A DNA stretch of 64,000 nucleotides from an uncultured Acidimicrobiia bacterium (GCA_963836205.1 CAWIIV010000012.1:64001-128000); one strand, 5' to 3'. Shown: positions 20,339-30,657, counted from the first letter of the stretch. Numbers and translations: made by a program. The notes: generated by a model from the sequence alone, not told the origin.

Positions 20339-20593
20339 TCAGGGGTAGAGGTGGCGGAGCTCGCCCGGCTTCACCCGAGCCCGCTCGATGTACGCCTCGA
20401 CCTCCGATCGTCGGAGCCGGATCACTCGTCGATGCCTGATCCGGTGCGCCTCCGCCGGCAGCTCGTAGCGGTCAATCATGTTGAGGATGGTGCGCACCTG
20501 GACGCCGAGCATCCTCGCCGCCATGGGAGTGGTGATCCAGCCGTCGTCGTTGGCGGGCGCCGAGCCCGACTCAGGCATTCTCGACTCAGGCAT
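20339..20593 (-). CDS. Excisionase-like HTH protein
   Basis: WITTPMAARMLGVQVRTILNMIDRYELPA...RVIRLRRSEVEAYIE. Confidence 0.8.
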   Translation of the reverse strand: MPESRMPESGSAPANDDGWITTPMAARMLGVQVRTILNMIDRYELPAEAHRIRHRRVIRLRRSEVEAYIERARVKPGELRHLYP

Positions 20594-20869
20594 CCTCGAG
20601 TCCTTCCGCCAAGGCGATCAGCCGCGATCGAATCGCAGTCCGCCGTGCCGTCGCCTCGTCCTGGACTCGATCAGATCCACCATGAGGTCCAGAAAGGCGG
20701 TGGCGAGCTGTGCGGCCTGGCTGTCGGGTTCGTCGACCACCGCAAAATGTTATGGTCGTCTGGCCTTTGCGTGCAGCTCGTGGCCGCCCTTTTATCACTT
20801 TGCCGGGCGGGCGGCGACTAGCCTGCGGGTCATGCTCCGAGCTAATCAGCGACGCTACGTCATCGTGGA

Positions 20870-21622
20870 TTGCCTGGGCGCCCCGTTAGGCTGGCAGGGG
20901 CCGAGAATCGCCAAGGCAAACATGCGTACGTCGTGACAGCTCGTTTGAGCGCATGGGTAACGAAAGCGGCTCGGGAGCTGGTACGTCGAATCAAAAGCCG
21001 CTTTCGTCCACTCTGGGCCAAATTAGCAGCCTTGCTCGCCATCCTAGGAAGCATAACAAGCATATGGGCATTCATAGTTAGTTGGAGTAACCAGACAAAC
21101 CAGGTCCCTTCACCCCAGGAAGTCGCCCAGGCGATCGCCGAAGGAAATAGTTCGCCGTCATTCTTCGATGCTGACGGTGTTCGAATGTCTGTCAGGGCTG
21201 GTGCTCGGCTGGCTGGGAAGGACGTTCCGGTAGCGAGCACACTGACCGTGCGTCCTGGGGACCGTGTCACGATCGTCATTTCTGTTGAAAACCGAGATAA
21301 CGTCGCCAGCGGACCGGTAGCTGTATTGATTAAACTACCCGAGGGCGGACTCTCAGTAGTTCCTGACACAACGAAGAAGTATTTTGGCTCGTACGATGGC
21401 GAGGTGAGCACTCGCGATGTCGACGGTGTAGGACCAACTCTGATTGGACTTGGGTCTTATGGCGCGGGAGCCAGCGGGTTCTTAACATTTGATACGTTGC
21501 TTGAACCAAACTTTGTCTGTGGGCGAGCGTCTCTAGTAGCGGCCATCTTTGGGCGTTCGGCACTTCCTGCCGCTCAAGACGCGCGCAGCGAGGTAATACT
21601 GATCGTAGAGAACCTATGCTGA
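20870..21622 (+). CDS. Membrane-anchored hypothetical protein, lower GC (start uncertain)
   Basis: TM helix, then Ig/DUF11-like PGDRVTIVISVEN. Visibly AT-richer than the flanks. Confidence 0.55.
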   Translation: MPGRPVRLAGAENRQGKHAYVVTARLSAWVTKAARELVRRIKSRFRPLWAKLAALLAILGSITSIWAFIVSWSNQTNQVPSPQEVAQAIAEGNSSPSFFDADGVRMSVRAGARLAGKDVPVASTLTVRPGDRVTIVISVENRDNVASGPVAVLIKLPEGGLSVVPDTTKKYFGSYDGEVSTRDVDGVGPTLIGLGSYGAGASGFLTFDTLLEPNFVCGRASLVAAIFGRSALPAAQDARSEVILIVENLC

Positions 21623-21697
21623 CCAGGTAGTGGCCTATCAGGTCAAATAGCAAGGCTATGGTGACTACGCCAAGTGGAACAAGGAGTCCCATGTACA

Positions 21698-23374
21698 TCA
21701 GTGGACCGCTGGCGCCGACAACGACGTCTCGGCCCGCTTGCGAAGCTCGCCGTCCTCATACCAAGGGCGCAGTCGCAGCCGGGCCGGCGGAAGGTGTCCG
21801 TAGATCAGCACGCCCTCGCCCGGGACGACGCGGCGCAGGGCGTCGACGGGGGCGAGGCGGCGGTAGGTGGTCGACTCGGTGTTGGAACGCAGCCCACTCG
21901 CGTCGCGGGTAGTCGAGTCGCGGGCGACCTCCTCGTCCCCGCTCAGCCGGCTGACGTAGTCGAGGGCGCCGGGGTCGGAGATGCCCGACAGCAGCGCCTT
22001 GGCCCGGTGGTTGTTGATGATGGTCGGGGCCCGCTTGCCGTAACGGGCCTCGATCTGGGCCAGGTCCTGCCACACCGTGACCAGCTGCACGCCGAGGCCG
22101 GCAGCGGTCGACGCCAGCGTGTCGAGGTTGCGCAGGGGGGCGATGTTGGCCGCCTCGTCGAGAACGACGAGCAGGGGTGGATCGATCGGTCGCCCAGCCG
22201 CCGCCCGCCGGCCGACCGCGGCCAGGACCTGGTGGACGAGGGCGCCGAAGAGGGGCCGGAGCTGATCCTGATCGTCGCCCGGGGCCGAGATGTACAGGGT
22301 GTGGCTGCCCCCGTCGAGGAGGAGATCGGGGTGGATGTCGGAGCGCTCGGCGGAGGCGGCCACCGCCGGATCGGCGTAGGCCTCGAGGAGGATCTCGGCA
22401 GTGGTAAAGATCGAGGAACGCTGGCGCTCCTCCCGGCGCCAGTTGGCGTGGGCGGCACGCAGCGCGGCCCGGGGCGCCATCGAGCCCAGGATGTCGGCCA
22501 CCTCGTCGACCTCCTGGGTGTCGATCCACTCCACCACCCGGGCCATGTCCTCGGCGCCCAGCTTGGCCGCCAGCAGGTACGGCGCCAGCAGCTTCTTGGC
22601 TGCCTTGTGCCAGAAGTCGGCGTCCTCGACCCCGCCTGGGGTCTCGGCCGCGCTGACCAGCCACGCCGCCACCCGCCGGGCGCTGGCCCAGTCCTCGACG
22701 CCGCTCAGCGGCGTCCACCCCGCCGCCGACCGCCCGGTTGCCTCGGTCGGGTCGTAGAGCCACACGTCGCCCTGGGTGGCCCGCCAGCCGAGCGTGTTCG
22801 CCACCAGGTCGTCCTTGACGCTGGTGGCCAGCACCGGCCCCTGCCATTCCAGGATGGCGGGCACCGCGAAGCCGGTGGTCTTGTTGGTCTGGGTCGGGCC
22901 CAGGACGCACACGGAGTGGCGCGACTCGGTGGCCACCAGGTGGCGGCCCGAATAGCCGAGGATCAGCCGGCCCTTCTCCGGTTGGCCGACGACGAGGGCC
23001 CGCAGATCCCGACCCTCCGCCCAGCTCGCCCCCTCCCGCCGTCGGTCCCGGGTGAAGAGCCGCCGCACACCGAGGGCCAACGCCACGGCCGCCGCCAGGA
23101 GCACTGCGAGGGTCGGATAGAAGGCCCACGGCCCAGGAATGAGATTCTGATCGGGCGCCGGCCACGCCAGTGCGGGCTGGCCCGCGTCGCGGACCAGGCC
23201 GGCCAGGATCGACCCGGATTCTCCCGCTCGGGCCTGGGGCCAGGCCCCGCCCCACAGTCGGCCGGCCACCATCCCCGCTCCCCACACCAGCGTGCCGAAC
23301 CCGAACAGGCCGAAGAGCACCGCCAAGATCGCCCCGTCGTTGGACCTGGTCGGCGATGCCGACGGGGCGCTCAT
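21698..23374 (-). CDS. virD4: VirD4/TraG type IV coupling protein
   Basis: TM N-terminus, GPTQTNKTTG, GPVLATSVK, LDEAANIAP, VWQDLAQI...YG. Confidence 0.9.
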   Translation of the reverse strand: MSAPSASPTRSNDGAILAVLFGLFGFGTLVWGAGMVAGRLWGGAWPQARAGESGSILAGLVRDAGQPALAWPAPDQNLIPGPWAFYPTLAVLLAAAVALALGVRRLFTRDRRREGASWAEGRDLRALVVGQPEKGRLILGYSGRHLVATESRHSVCVLGPTQTNKTTGFAVPAILEWQGPVLATSVKDDLVANTLGWRATQGDVWLYDPTEATGRSAAGWTPLSGVEDWASARRVAAWLVSAAETPGGVEDADFWHKAAKKLLAPYLLAAKLGAEDMARVVEWIDTQEVDEVADILGSMAPRAALRAAHANWRREERQRSSIFTTAEILLEAYADPAVAASAERSDIHPDLLLDGGSHTLYISAPGDDQDQLRPLFGALVHQVLAAVGRRAAAGRPIDPPLLVVLDEAANIAPLRNLDTLASTAAGLGVQLVTVWQDLAQIEARYGKRAPTIINNHRAKALLSGISDPGALDYVSRLSGDEEVARDSTTRDASGLRSNTESTTYRRLAPVDALRRVVPGEGVLIYGHLPPARLRLRPWYEDGELRKRAETSLSAPAVH

Positions 23375-24645
23375 GCCGCCTCCCGTCGCATTCGCTCGTC
23401 GGTGTCGATGATGTCCCACTCGTCGTCGCCGACGACGTGGTCCACCACGTGCTTGTGGTGGGCGCCGACCTTCCACAGCCCGGCCGACGGCTCCAGGTCG
23501 GGGAGAAGCTGGGCCTCGCGCTGGGACAGGCCGAGGAGCTGCTCGGCGTTCTCCATCTCGTCGCTCGGCTGGCCGTAGATGACTCTGGTCTCGGTGTCGG
23601 CCAGCAGGCCCCGGGCCAGGCGCATCTGGCGCGACCCGTCGTCGCCCGCCGCTAGCAGGTCCGACAGCCGATGGATGACCACCACCAGCTGCACCCCCCA
23701 CAGGCGGGCCAGCTTGGCCAATGCCTGCAGCCAGCGGGCCACGCCCGGGTTGGCCAGCACCGCCCACGCCTCGTCGACGACGACGATGCGCTTGCCCGCG
23801 TCGGGCCGGGCGATGGCCGACTGCAGCCACGACGAGGCGCACGTCATGAGCAGCCCCAGGGCCTCGGAGTTGAAGACCTCCGACAGGTCCAGGACAACGG
23901 CGCCGTTCCAGTCGACGTCGATGTTGGTGGGCCCGTCGAACATGCCCTGCAGGTCGCCCTCGCACAGCCGGCGCAGCTCGAGAGCGACCTCCCGGCTGGC
24001 ACCGGCCAGGCGGTCGGCGGTGGTGTGCACGGAGCTGGCCATGGCCGACGACGGTGACAGGAGGGCGTCGACGACCTCGACCATGGTCGCCACCGAGTTG
24101 CTGCGCTGGTTGACCGCCTTGATGGCCAGGTCGCAGGCCGTGCGCTCCTCCGAGTTGAGCGTCCGGATCAGGCAGGCGCTGGCCAGGGACTGCAGCAGCA
24201 CCAGCTGGCGGCGCCGGACCTCACGGTCGCCCAGGTCGGCGGCCGCGGGGCCGGGGTCGAGGGGGTTGAGCCGGACGCCGCGCCCGGGGGCGATGCGGAT
24301 GGGCTCGACCCCGAGCGAGACCGCCAGCGGGCCGTACTCACCCTTGGGGTCGAGGATGGCCACCTTGCGCCCGAAGACCTCCTGGCGCTTCAGGTAGGTC
24401 TTGACCAGGCTGGACTTGCGCCGGCCGAGCATCCCCGCCACCAGCATGTTCGGTCCGGTGAGGACGCCGGCGTAGCCCCGGCGGCGATCGGGATACAGCT
24501 CCCACGGGTCGTAGCAGAACGACCCGCCCAAGCGGTCCCGGCCGATGTAGACACCGTCGCCCCCGAGGCTTCCGGCGCTCAGGAACGGGTACGCGGCCCG
24601 CAGGTTGGCGGTCGAGCAGCGGTGGGCGGACAGGCGCAGACTCAT
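23371..24645 (-). CDS. VirB4-like conjugation ATPase
   Basis: AYPFL, GPNMLVAGMLGRRKSS, ILDPKGEY, LNPLD, VVVDEAW. Confidence 0.85.
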   Translation of the reverse strand: MSLRLSAHRCSTANLRAAYPFLSAGSLGGDGVYIGRDRLGGSFCYDPWELYPDRRRGYAGVLTGPNMLVAGMLGRRKSSLVKTYLKRQEVFGRKVAILDPKGEYGPLAVSLGVEPIRIAPGRGVRLNPLDPGPAAADLGDREVRRRQLVLLQSLASACLIRTLNSEERTACDLAIKAVNQRSNSVATMVEVVDALLSPSSAMASSVHTTADRLAGASREVALELRRLCEGDLQGMFDGPTNIDVDWNGAVVLDLSEVFNSEALGLLMTCASSWLQSAIARPDAGKRIVVVDEAWAVLANPGVARWLQALAKLARLWGVQLVVVIHRLSDLLAAGDDGSRQMRLARGLLADTETRVIYGQPSDEMENAEQLLGLSQREAQLLPDLEPSAGLWKVGAHHKHVVDHVVGDDEWDIIDTDERMRREAA

Positions 24646-24808
24646 GGGGCTTGCCTCCGGCGTTGTTGGGTGACGATGTTGTGGACGATGGCGAACGGGC
24701 ACTCCTCCGCCCAGCGCAACAGGTCCTCCAGTCGCGACCGCGACCGCTGCGGGTCGGCCTCCGGCGCAGGTGCGGGCTCATCGGCTGGCCCGGGCCCGGT
24801 CCGATCGG

Positions 24809-26254
24809 TCATCGCAGGCCCCGGGCCAGGGGAAGGGCGCAGGCGAAGCCCAGGTCCTGCTGGCCGTAGAGGCGCCAGAGGCGCAACTGGCAACGATTGG
24901 CCAGGCGGATGGCATGGGTGGCCGTCGACTCCAACGTGTCGACATCGGGGGCGCTGACGGTCACGTAGGCGCTGAAGCGGAACTCACCGTGCCCGGCGGC
25001 CAGATCGGCCTCCCGCTGGGCCAGGGCCACGCCTTGGGCGTCGCGAAAGGCCGTCGGCACGTAGCCCTTGTTGTCCCGGATGCGCTGGTCGGCCAGGAAG
25101 GCGGTTCGGGCGTCGAGGACGTCGCGGGCGGCCTGGGCGGGTGGCACCGGCTCCATGACGATGCTGAGCGTCCGCGTGCCCCGGCTGTGCAGGAACATCG
25201 GCCCCAGGAAGTCGGCTCCCACCGGGATCCGGGGCCACTCCGCCACCCAGAAGGAGGCGTGGCACAGCCCGTCGGTCTCGTAGTGCGACCACGTCGTGCG
25301 GGCCTGGGCCGGCCAGGCATCGGCCAGGCAGGGTGGACGGCTCTCATCCAGGGCCCACGCGCCCGGTCGCAGGGCCACCTCGGGGTCGAAGCCGACCCGG
25401 AAGCAGCGCACGAGCTCCTCCGGACCCAGCACCCGGTCGATGCCGACCTCGGCATGGCGGGCCCGCTCGCGCAGGCTGAGCAGCTCCTGGGCCAGCATCT
25501 CGCACGCTCCGAGGTCGCCCCCGCCGGCACGGCGAACGGCGGGGGAGACCTGTGACACCGCGACCACCGCGAAGGCCTCGTGGCGCTGGCTGAGGGGCTG
25601 GGCGGTGTCGAGGAGGCGGGCGTAGGAGGCCCGCGACGCGGCAGTCCGCGGGCAGGGTTGCCGCCCGCTCCAGGTACCTGGCCATGGCGTCGCCGTCTTC
25701 GGGCAGGGTGCGCTCGAGCAACTGGAGGCGGTGGATGGACTCGTCGTCGACGCACCAGCCGTTGAGCACGTCGCCCCAGGCCCGCAGCAGCCGGTCCTGC
25801 TCGGTCCGGTCCACCAGGAGGAAGGAGCTGCCCCCGCAGCTCATCACTCCCAGATAGGTGCCGTGGATCTGATCGAAGACCACACCCACCTCGCCCTGGG
25901 CCAGGCGCACGGCGAAGAACTTCAGGTGCTCGAAGCCGGGCGGGTTGGCGCCGTCGCCGTCGCTGACCCAGTGCCGGGCCCGGCGGCCCCGGCGGCCGAG
26001 CCAGTACCGCACCGGGAACGAACCACTCCTCGACGAGGCGGCCGCCGATGCGCACGAAGCCGACGGCGAAGCCCGCCGCCAGCAGCGCCACGCCCCCCAC
26101 CATGCCGATGGTGATCGGCATCGTTCGGGTCAGCCCCACCGCCACGGTGCCGCACAGTCCCGAGCGCGGCCACCTGGAACCACGACATCCCCCCGACGGC
26201 CGAGGACTTCTGGAGGGGGCCGAAGTGGTAGGTCTGAACCCTGGCCTCAGCCAC
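24809..26254 (-). CDS. SCO6880/PrgI-like conjugation membrane protein (several frameshifts)
   Basis: QTYHFGPLQK N-terminus, SFLLVDRTEQDR..WG, LQLLERTLP, HASFWVAEWPR, GHGEFRFSAYVTV, ALPLARGL across three or four frames. Confidence 0.75.
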
Positions 26255-27631
26255 CAGCGCCGCCCCCCGGGGATGGCGGCGGGCTGGCCGGAGTCGGAGA
26301 CGGCGCCGTCTGGGCGGTGGCCTCGGTGGCCTGGCTGGCGGCCCGCGCGCCGGCGCCCGCGACCGCCATGGGCACGGTGGCCGCCGCCGCCGCCGCTCCG
26401 CCCGCGCCGGCACCGGACGCTGCCGCCGCTCCGCCGCCGCCTCCCGCCGCGCCACCCGCCATGGCCGAGATCCCGCCGCCCCCGCCGGCGTCGGCCATCG
26501 GGGCGCCGCCCGCCCCCGTCGGCGCCGCCCCTCCACCACCGCCGCTCCCGTTGCCACCGAGCAGCGCCTGGCCCCAGTACAGCGTCGACATCGTGGAGGA
26601 TCCCGCCTGCAGCGGACGTCGGGTCAGTCCCTCGGCCACGGCCAGGGTGCCGAGAGGGATGATGCTGAGCAGCACGTAGGGGGTGAACACGGCCACGGCC
26701 AGGATCCCGGCGCCGAGGATGAGGGCGGCCGGGTTGTCGCCGCCCTCGGCCACTGCGCTTGCGCCCACCGCCACCACCGCGGTGATCACGAACTTGGCCA
26801 GGATGATGGCCAGCAGCCCCTCGGCCAGCTTGCGCAGCCAGTGCGCAGTGGACTCCCACACCATCCCGGCGAAGCCCACCGGCAGGAACAGGGTGCCCAC
26901 CAGCACCGCCGCCTGGCGGACCACCAGTTCGATCCACAGCAGCAGGGCGCAGACGGCGATGACCAGGGCCACGATGAACAGGGCGAAGCCGACGAGCCCG
27001 CCGTTGCCGGTCAGCACCCCCGCCTCGAGCAGGTGGACGATGCCGGTGGCGAACTTCTCGCCGCTGCCGCCGATGGTGCCGCCCGACGAACCCCGACAGG
27101 TGGTCGGTGATCTCGACGAGCAGGCTGATGACGTAGGTGGCGAGCACCATGCCCACCGCCGCCGCCGGCAGCTTGATGGTGACGATCTTGACCACCCCCG
27201 CGGCGTCGTGGCGCAGCAGCGACCACAGGGCGGCGAGCAGGACGAGGGGCAGCAGGAAGGCCCCTCCCACCTGCAGCATGAGTTGGTAATTGGGCTCGAA
27301 CCAGCTGGCGTTGACGTCGGGCCTGGTCGAGCTGTCGATCGACTGCCCGACGAAGCCGACCACGCTCTTGGCCCCGGCCACCACCCACTCCGTGAGCTGG
27401 CCGAGCACGCCGCCGGCCACCCCCTCGACGCCGTCGGCCAGCAGGTTCGGCACCGCGGTGGCGACGGAGCACACCTGGTGGACGATGGGCGTCTCGGGAC
27501 AGGTCAGCAGCGGACCGTCGGGGTCGGTCTGCGCCTGGGCCGGCGCGGGCCACCACGACCGCGGCGGCCAACAGGATCAGGAGGAGCCCGATGGCTGCGG
27601 CGCGACAGCGCCGGTGCTCAGGCCGGGCCAT
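26247..27631 (-). CDS. VirB6/TrbL-like polytopic membrane protein (frameshifts near 27520 and 27090)
   Basis: LLWIELVVRQA, multiple TM helices, Gly/Ala-rich tail. Position within the T4SS operon. Confidence 0.75.
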
Positions 27632-28368
27632 AGCGATAGCTCGAGAATCCGGCCAGGGCCGCGATCGAGCTCCTCCGTGCCGGCCACCGGGCCCGACGTC
27701 GTCGCCGGCGTGGGACCGTCCGCCGAGCTCAGCGACCACAGGCGCCAGTCCCCGTCCACCCACTCGAGCTCCAGTGCCGTCGTCGTCCACGCCTCGCTGG
27801 GGCCACCGACGCCGGCGATCGACCACACGGCCGCCGCCCAAACACTGACCCGAGCCCGCTGCGGGGTGAAGGCGTCCACCCGGTAGGCGACGGGCAGGTT
27901 GCGCAGCACGGCCCGGGGTGCGCCCGACGACGACGCCGCGGTGCGGATGCGTTCCAGCAGTGCCGGATTGCCCACCACCGACGCCACCGTGCCCGCGCTG
28001 GCGTCCGGCACCAGCATTCGCCGCACCGCCATGTCGCGGGCCACCGGGTCCATCAGCAGCAGTCCCTCCGATGCCACCGTCAGATAGGCGGTGGCCGCCG
28101 CCGCCGCGCCCTGTTCGCTGTGGCCATAGCCGACGGGCACGCCCGCCTCGACCGATCGGGGGCCAGCATCGTCGGTCGCGCCGGGAGGAGCACCCACCGG
28201 GGTCGAGGAGGTCTGCCCCGGTCTGAGCTGGAGGGCGACGAGCACGCCGCCGAGGAAGGACACCAGAGCGACCACCGCTAGCCGCCTCCAGTCCCGGCCC
28301 GAACCCGATTGCGGCCGGCCGGCCCGTGCCGGCGCCGGGCGGGGACGGGCGAGCGACGGTGACCTCAC
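27577..28368 (-). CDS. Conjugation-associated bitopic protein (VirB8/TcpC-like)
   Basis: TM helix, GVPVGYGHSEQGAAAAA, LEWVDGDWRL, typical of actinobacterial ICE proteins. Confidence 0.65.
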   Translation of the reverse strand: MRSPSLARPRPAPARAGRPQSGSGRDWRRLAVVALVSFLGGVLVALQLRPGQTSSTPVGAPPGATDDAGPRSVEAGVPVGYGHSEQGAAAAATAYLTVASEGLLLMDPVARDMAVRRMLVPDASAGTVASVVGNPALLERIRTAASSSGAPRAVLRNLPVAYRVDAFTPQRARVSVWAAAVWSIAGVGGPSEAWTTTALELEWVDGDWRLWSLSSADGPTPATTSGPVAGTEELDRGPGRILELSLWPGLSTGAVAPQPSGSS

Positions 28369-28787
28369 TGGACCTGGCCCCCGAGGCCGACGGCGAATTT
28401 GACCAGACCGGCGGCGGCGGCGACCACCCCGGCGACAAGCGCGGCCCGGGCGACGCCTTCCTTGCCGTCCTGCACCTTGGCCATGTTGTGCTGCTGGGAG
28501 CCCCAACCCCACCGGCCGCCGTGGAAGGCCATCGCCCCCACGCAGCCGATGAGGATCATGCCCGCGCCCCAGTTCACGAGCTGCTGGAGCTGGGGACCGC
28601 CCGGTCCCTGGCCGGCGTCGGGGGAGTACTGGGCCCATGCCGCCGAGGCGTCGAGCACCAGGGAGCTCAGCCCCAGCCCGACGGCGCCGGCGGCCCGTCG
28701 CAGCCGAGCCGTCAACCGGCCGATCAAACCAGCGAATCGCCCGCCCCGGCTGCCGCCGTGGCCAGTCTCATCTACGAACCCGAACAC
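28365..28787 (-). CDS. VirB2/TrbC-like pilin
   Basis: Leader, PGGPQLQQLVNW, two hydrophobic helices. First gene of the T4SS operon. Confidence 0.6.
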   Translation of the reverse strand: MFGFVDETGHGGSRGGRFAGLIGRLTARLRRAAGAVGLGLSSLVLDASAAWAQYSPDAGQGPGGPQLQQLVNWGAGMILIGCVGAMAFHGGRWGWGSQQHNMAKVQDGKEGVARAALVAGVVAAAAGLVKFAVGLGGQVQ

Positions 28788-28799
28788 CTGTCCTCCCCT

Positions 28800-28930
28800 C
28801 CTGGGGCAGCAGCCCCAGCGTGTTGTCCACTAGCGGCGCCGCTGAACATCAGTTACGCTAAACAACCATAACAAACCGTAACTTTCTGTCAATTCTGCTG
28901 AAAAGCGCTCAGCGTGCGCTTTCAAGCGGT
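28800..28930. promoter_or_regulatory. Divergent AT-rich promoter region with inverted repeats
   Basis: CTGGGGC/GCCCCAG, AGCGGCGCCGCT palindrome, GTTACG..CGTAAC, TGAAAAGCGC..GCGCTTTCA, and DnaA-box-like TTGTCCACT (28823-28831). Confidence 0.5.
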
Positions 28931-28968
28931 GCGGCGCGAGCCGACGCCGGGCATCTGGGAGGGCCAAC

Positions 28969-30144
28969 CTGAAGCGCCTCGCCGTCGCCGGGGGCGCCAT
29001 CGCCCTGACCCTGCCGCTGGCCATGGCCTTCCTCGCCCTGGCCGCAGCCCAGCAGGCCGACGCCACCTGCAGCGGCTCCATCCCCGCGTCGGCCCAGCTC
29101 GACCCCGCCGCCCGCGAGGCCATCAACGCCCTCAAGCCCATGTACGAGCAGGTCGGACGGGACACGGGTCTCGCCTGGTCGGCGCTGGCCGCCGTCGACT
29201 ATCGGGAGTCCGGCAACGATCCCGACCGCTCCGCCCTCTCCGGTGAGCCCATCGGCGCCGCCAACCCCGACAACCCCGGCGTCACCACCACCACCAAGGC
29301 CGACAGCCTGCGACTGGCGGCCGACCACCTCAAGGCCATGGCCTCCTCCGTCTACGGGATCGCCCTCACCGCCGCCAGCCCGGGCCAGGACCTGCAGCTC
29401 GGCTTCCTGGCCTACAACCGGGGCTCCATCTACCGCGACGCGGGCGTCGGGCCCGAGCGCAGTCCCTACGTGATGAACCAGTCGCCCGGCTACGCCGACA
29501 TGGCCTGGCCCGAGATCCCGGGCGAGCCCCTGGCCGGGCGCACCGAGTACGGCCGCCTCGGTGCGTGGACGGTCTTCCTGCGCCTCGGTGGCCCCGGCGG
29601 CAGCTGCGCCGGGCTCAGCAACGTCGACGTGGTGAGGGTGGCCCAGCAGGAGCTGGCCGCAGGTATCGCCGAGGACAACCCCGGCAGCGACTGCGACTGC
29701 GGCGCCCCGATGAAGTACCAGGGCAGCACCGGCCCCGAGGACTGGTGCGCCGACTTCGTGTCGTGGGTGTTCCTTACCGCCGGCCACCCCTTCGACGGCG
29801 GCGTCGATGGCGTGCCCACCATCGGCAGGGGCTGGCGCCTGCCCGGCGTAGCCCAGCTGCGGGCCTGGATGATCGGCCACGGAACCTATGAGGAGCGGGC
29901 CGGCTACGGCCTGGCCGACGCCGCTCCGGGCGACGTCGTGATCTTCGGCGGGGGGACGGGCAGCCATACCGGCATCGTCGAGCGCGTCTCGGGCCTCGAG
30001 ACGCCCGACCCCGCCGACGACTTCCTGCATACGATCGAGGGCAACAGCGGCGACCGCGTCAGTCGACGGGACTACTCGGCAGCCGACAGCTACGTGTCCG
30101 GGTGGGGCGCCGGCCCCGGCGCCGCGGCGGCGGTCGCGGTATGA
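28969..30144 (+). CDS. Peptidoglycan hydrolase (lysozyme-like + CHAP), VirB1 role
   Basis: LAAVDYRES, WCADFVSWV, HTGIV, IEGN. In-frame CTG at 28969 after GGAGG; otherwise ATG at 29023. Confidence 0.85.
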   Translation: MKRLAVAGGAIALTLPLAMAFLALAAAQQADATCSGSIPASAQLDPAAREAINALKPMYEQVGRDTGLAWSALAAVDYRESGNDPDRSALSGEPIGAANPDNPGVTTTTKADSLRLAADHLKAMASSVYGIALTAASPGQDLQLGFLAYNRGSIYRDAGVGPERSPYVMNQSPGYADMAWPEIPGEPLAGRTEYGRLGAWTVFLRLGGPGGSCAGLSNVDVVRVAQQELAAGIAEDNPGSDCDCGAPMKYQGSTGPEDWCADFVSWVFLTAGHPFDGGVDGVPTIGRGWRLPGVAQLRAWMIGHGTYEERAGYGLADAAPGDVVIFGGGTGSHTGIVERVSGLETPDPADDFLHTIEGNSGDRVSRRDYSAADSYVSGWGAGPGAAAAVAV

Positions 30145-30614
30145 GGCGAGGTCTGCTCCGCTCCGCGCTGGCCGCCAGCGTCTTGGCCGTGCTGGCCGCG
30201 TGCGCCCCCCCGTCGAGCACCGGACCCCGCCCGGCGAGCCCGGCAACGGCGGGGGCAGAGCCCGAACCGACTGTCTCCCGAGCGCCGCCCCGGAGTAGCT
30301 CCGACACCATCTCGCCGGCCGATGTCGACCGCCAGCTCGCGGGCGTGGACGAGCTGGAGCAGACCGAACCCCTCACCCGCCGGCTGCCCCACGACAGCGA
30401 CCACTTCCGCGTCGACTACCGCCTCGACGACGAAGGCCGACTGGTGGTGGAGATCGAGCTGCGGGCCGTGCTCAACCGACCCGAGCAGCTGGCGGCCTAC
30501 GAGGACCAACTCCGGGCCTACCGGGGCGAGGCCCTCGCCTGGCTGCGCTCGGTCGGCGCCGATCCGGCCTCGCTTGACCTCCTCTACCGGCCCCCCGAGG
30601 CCGCCAGTTTGTGA
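30141..30614 (+). CDS. Lipoprotein
   Basis: MRRGLLRSALAASVLAVLAAC lipobox. ATGA overlap with the CHAP gene. Confidence 0.7.
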   Translation: MRRGLLRSALAASVLAVLAACAPPSSTGPRPASPATAGAEPEPTVSRAPPRSSSDTISPADVDRQLAGVDELEQTEPLTRRLPHDSDHFRVDYRLDDEGRLVVEIELRAVLNRPEQLAAYEDQLRAYRGEALAWLRSVGADPASLDLLYRPPEAASL

Positions 30615-30657
30615 TGCCCGGTTCGATCGCTGACCTCCCGAACAGAAGGAGCGCCCC

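Noticed and set aside
20567-20593. CGACTCAGGCAT direct repeat at the HTH gene start
   Set aside because: A single short duplication (MPESR/MPESG) giving alternative starts, with no further support for function.
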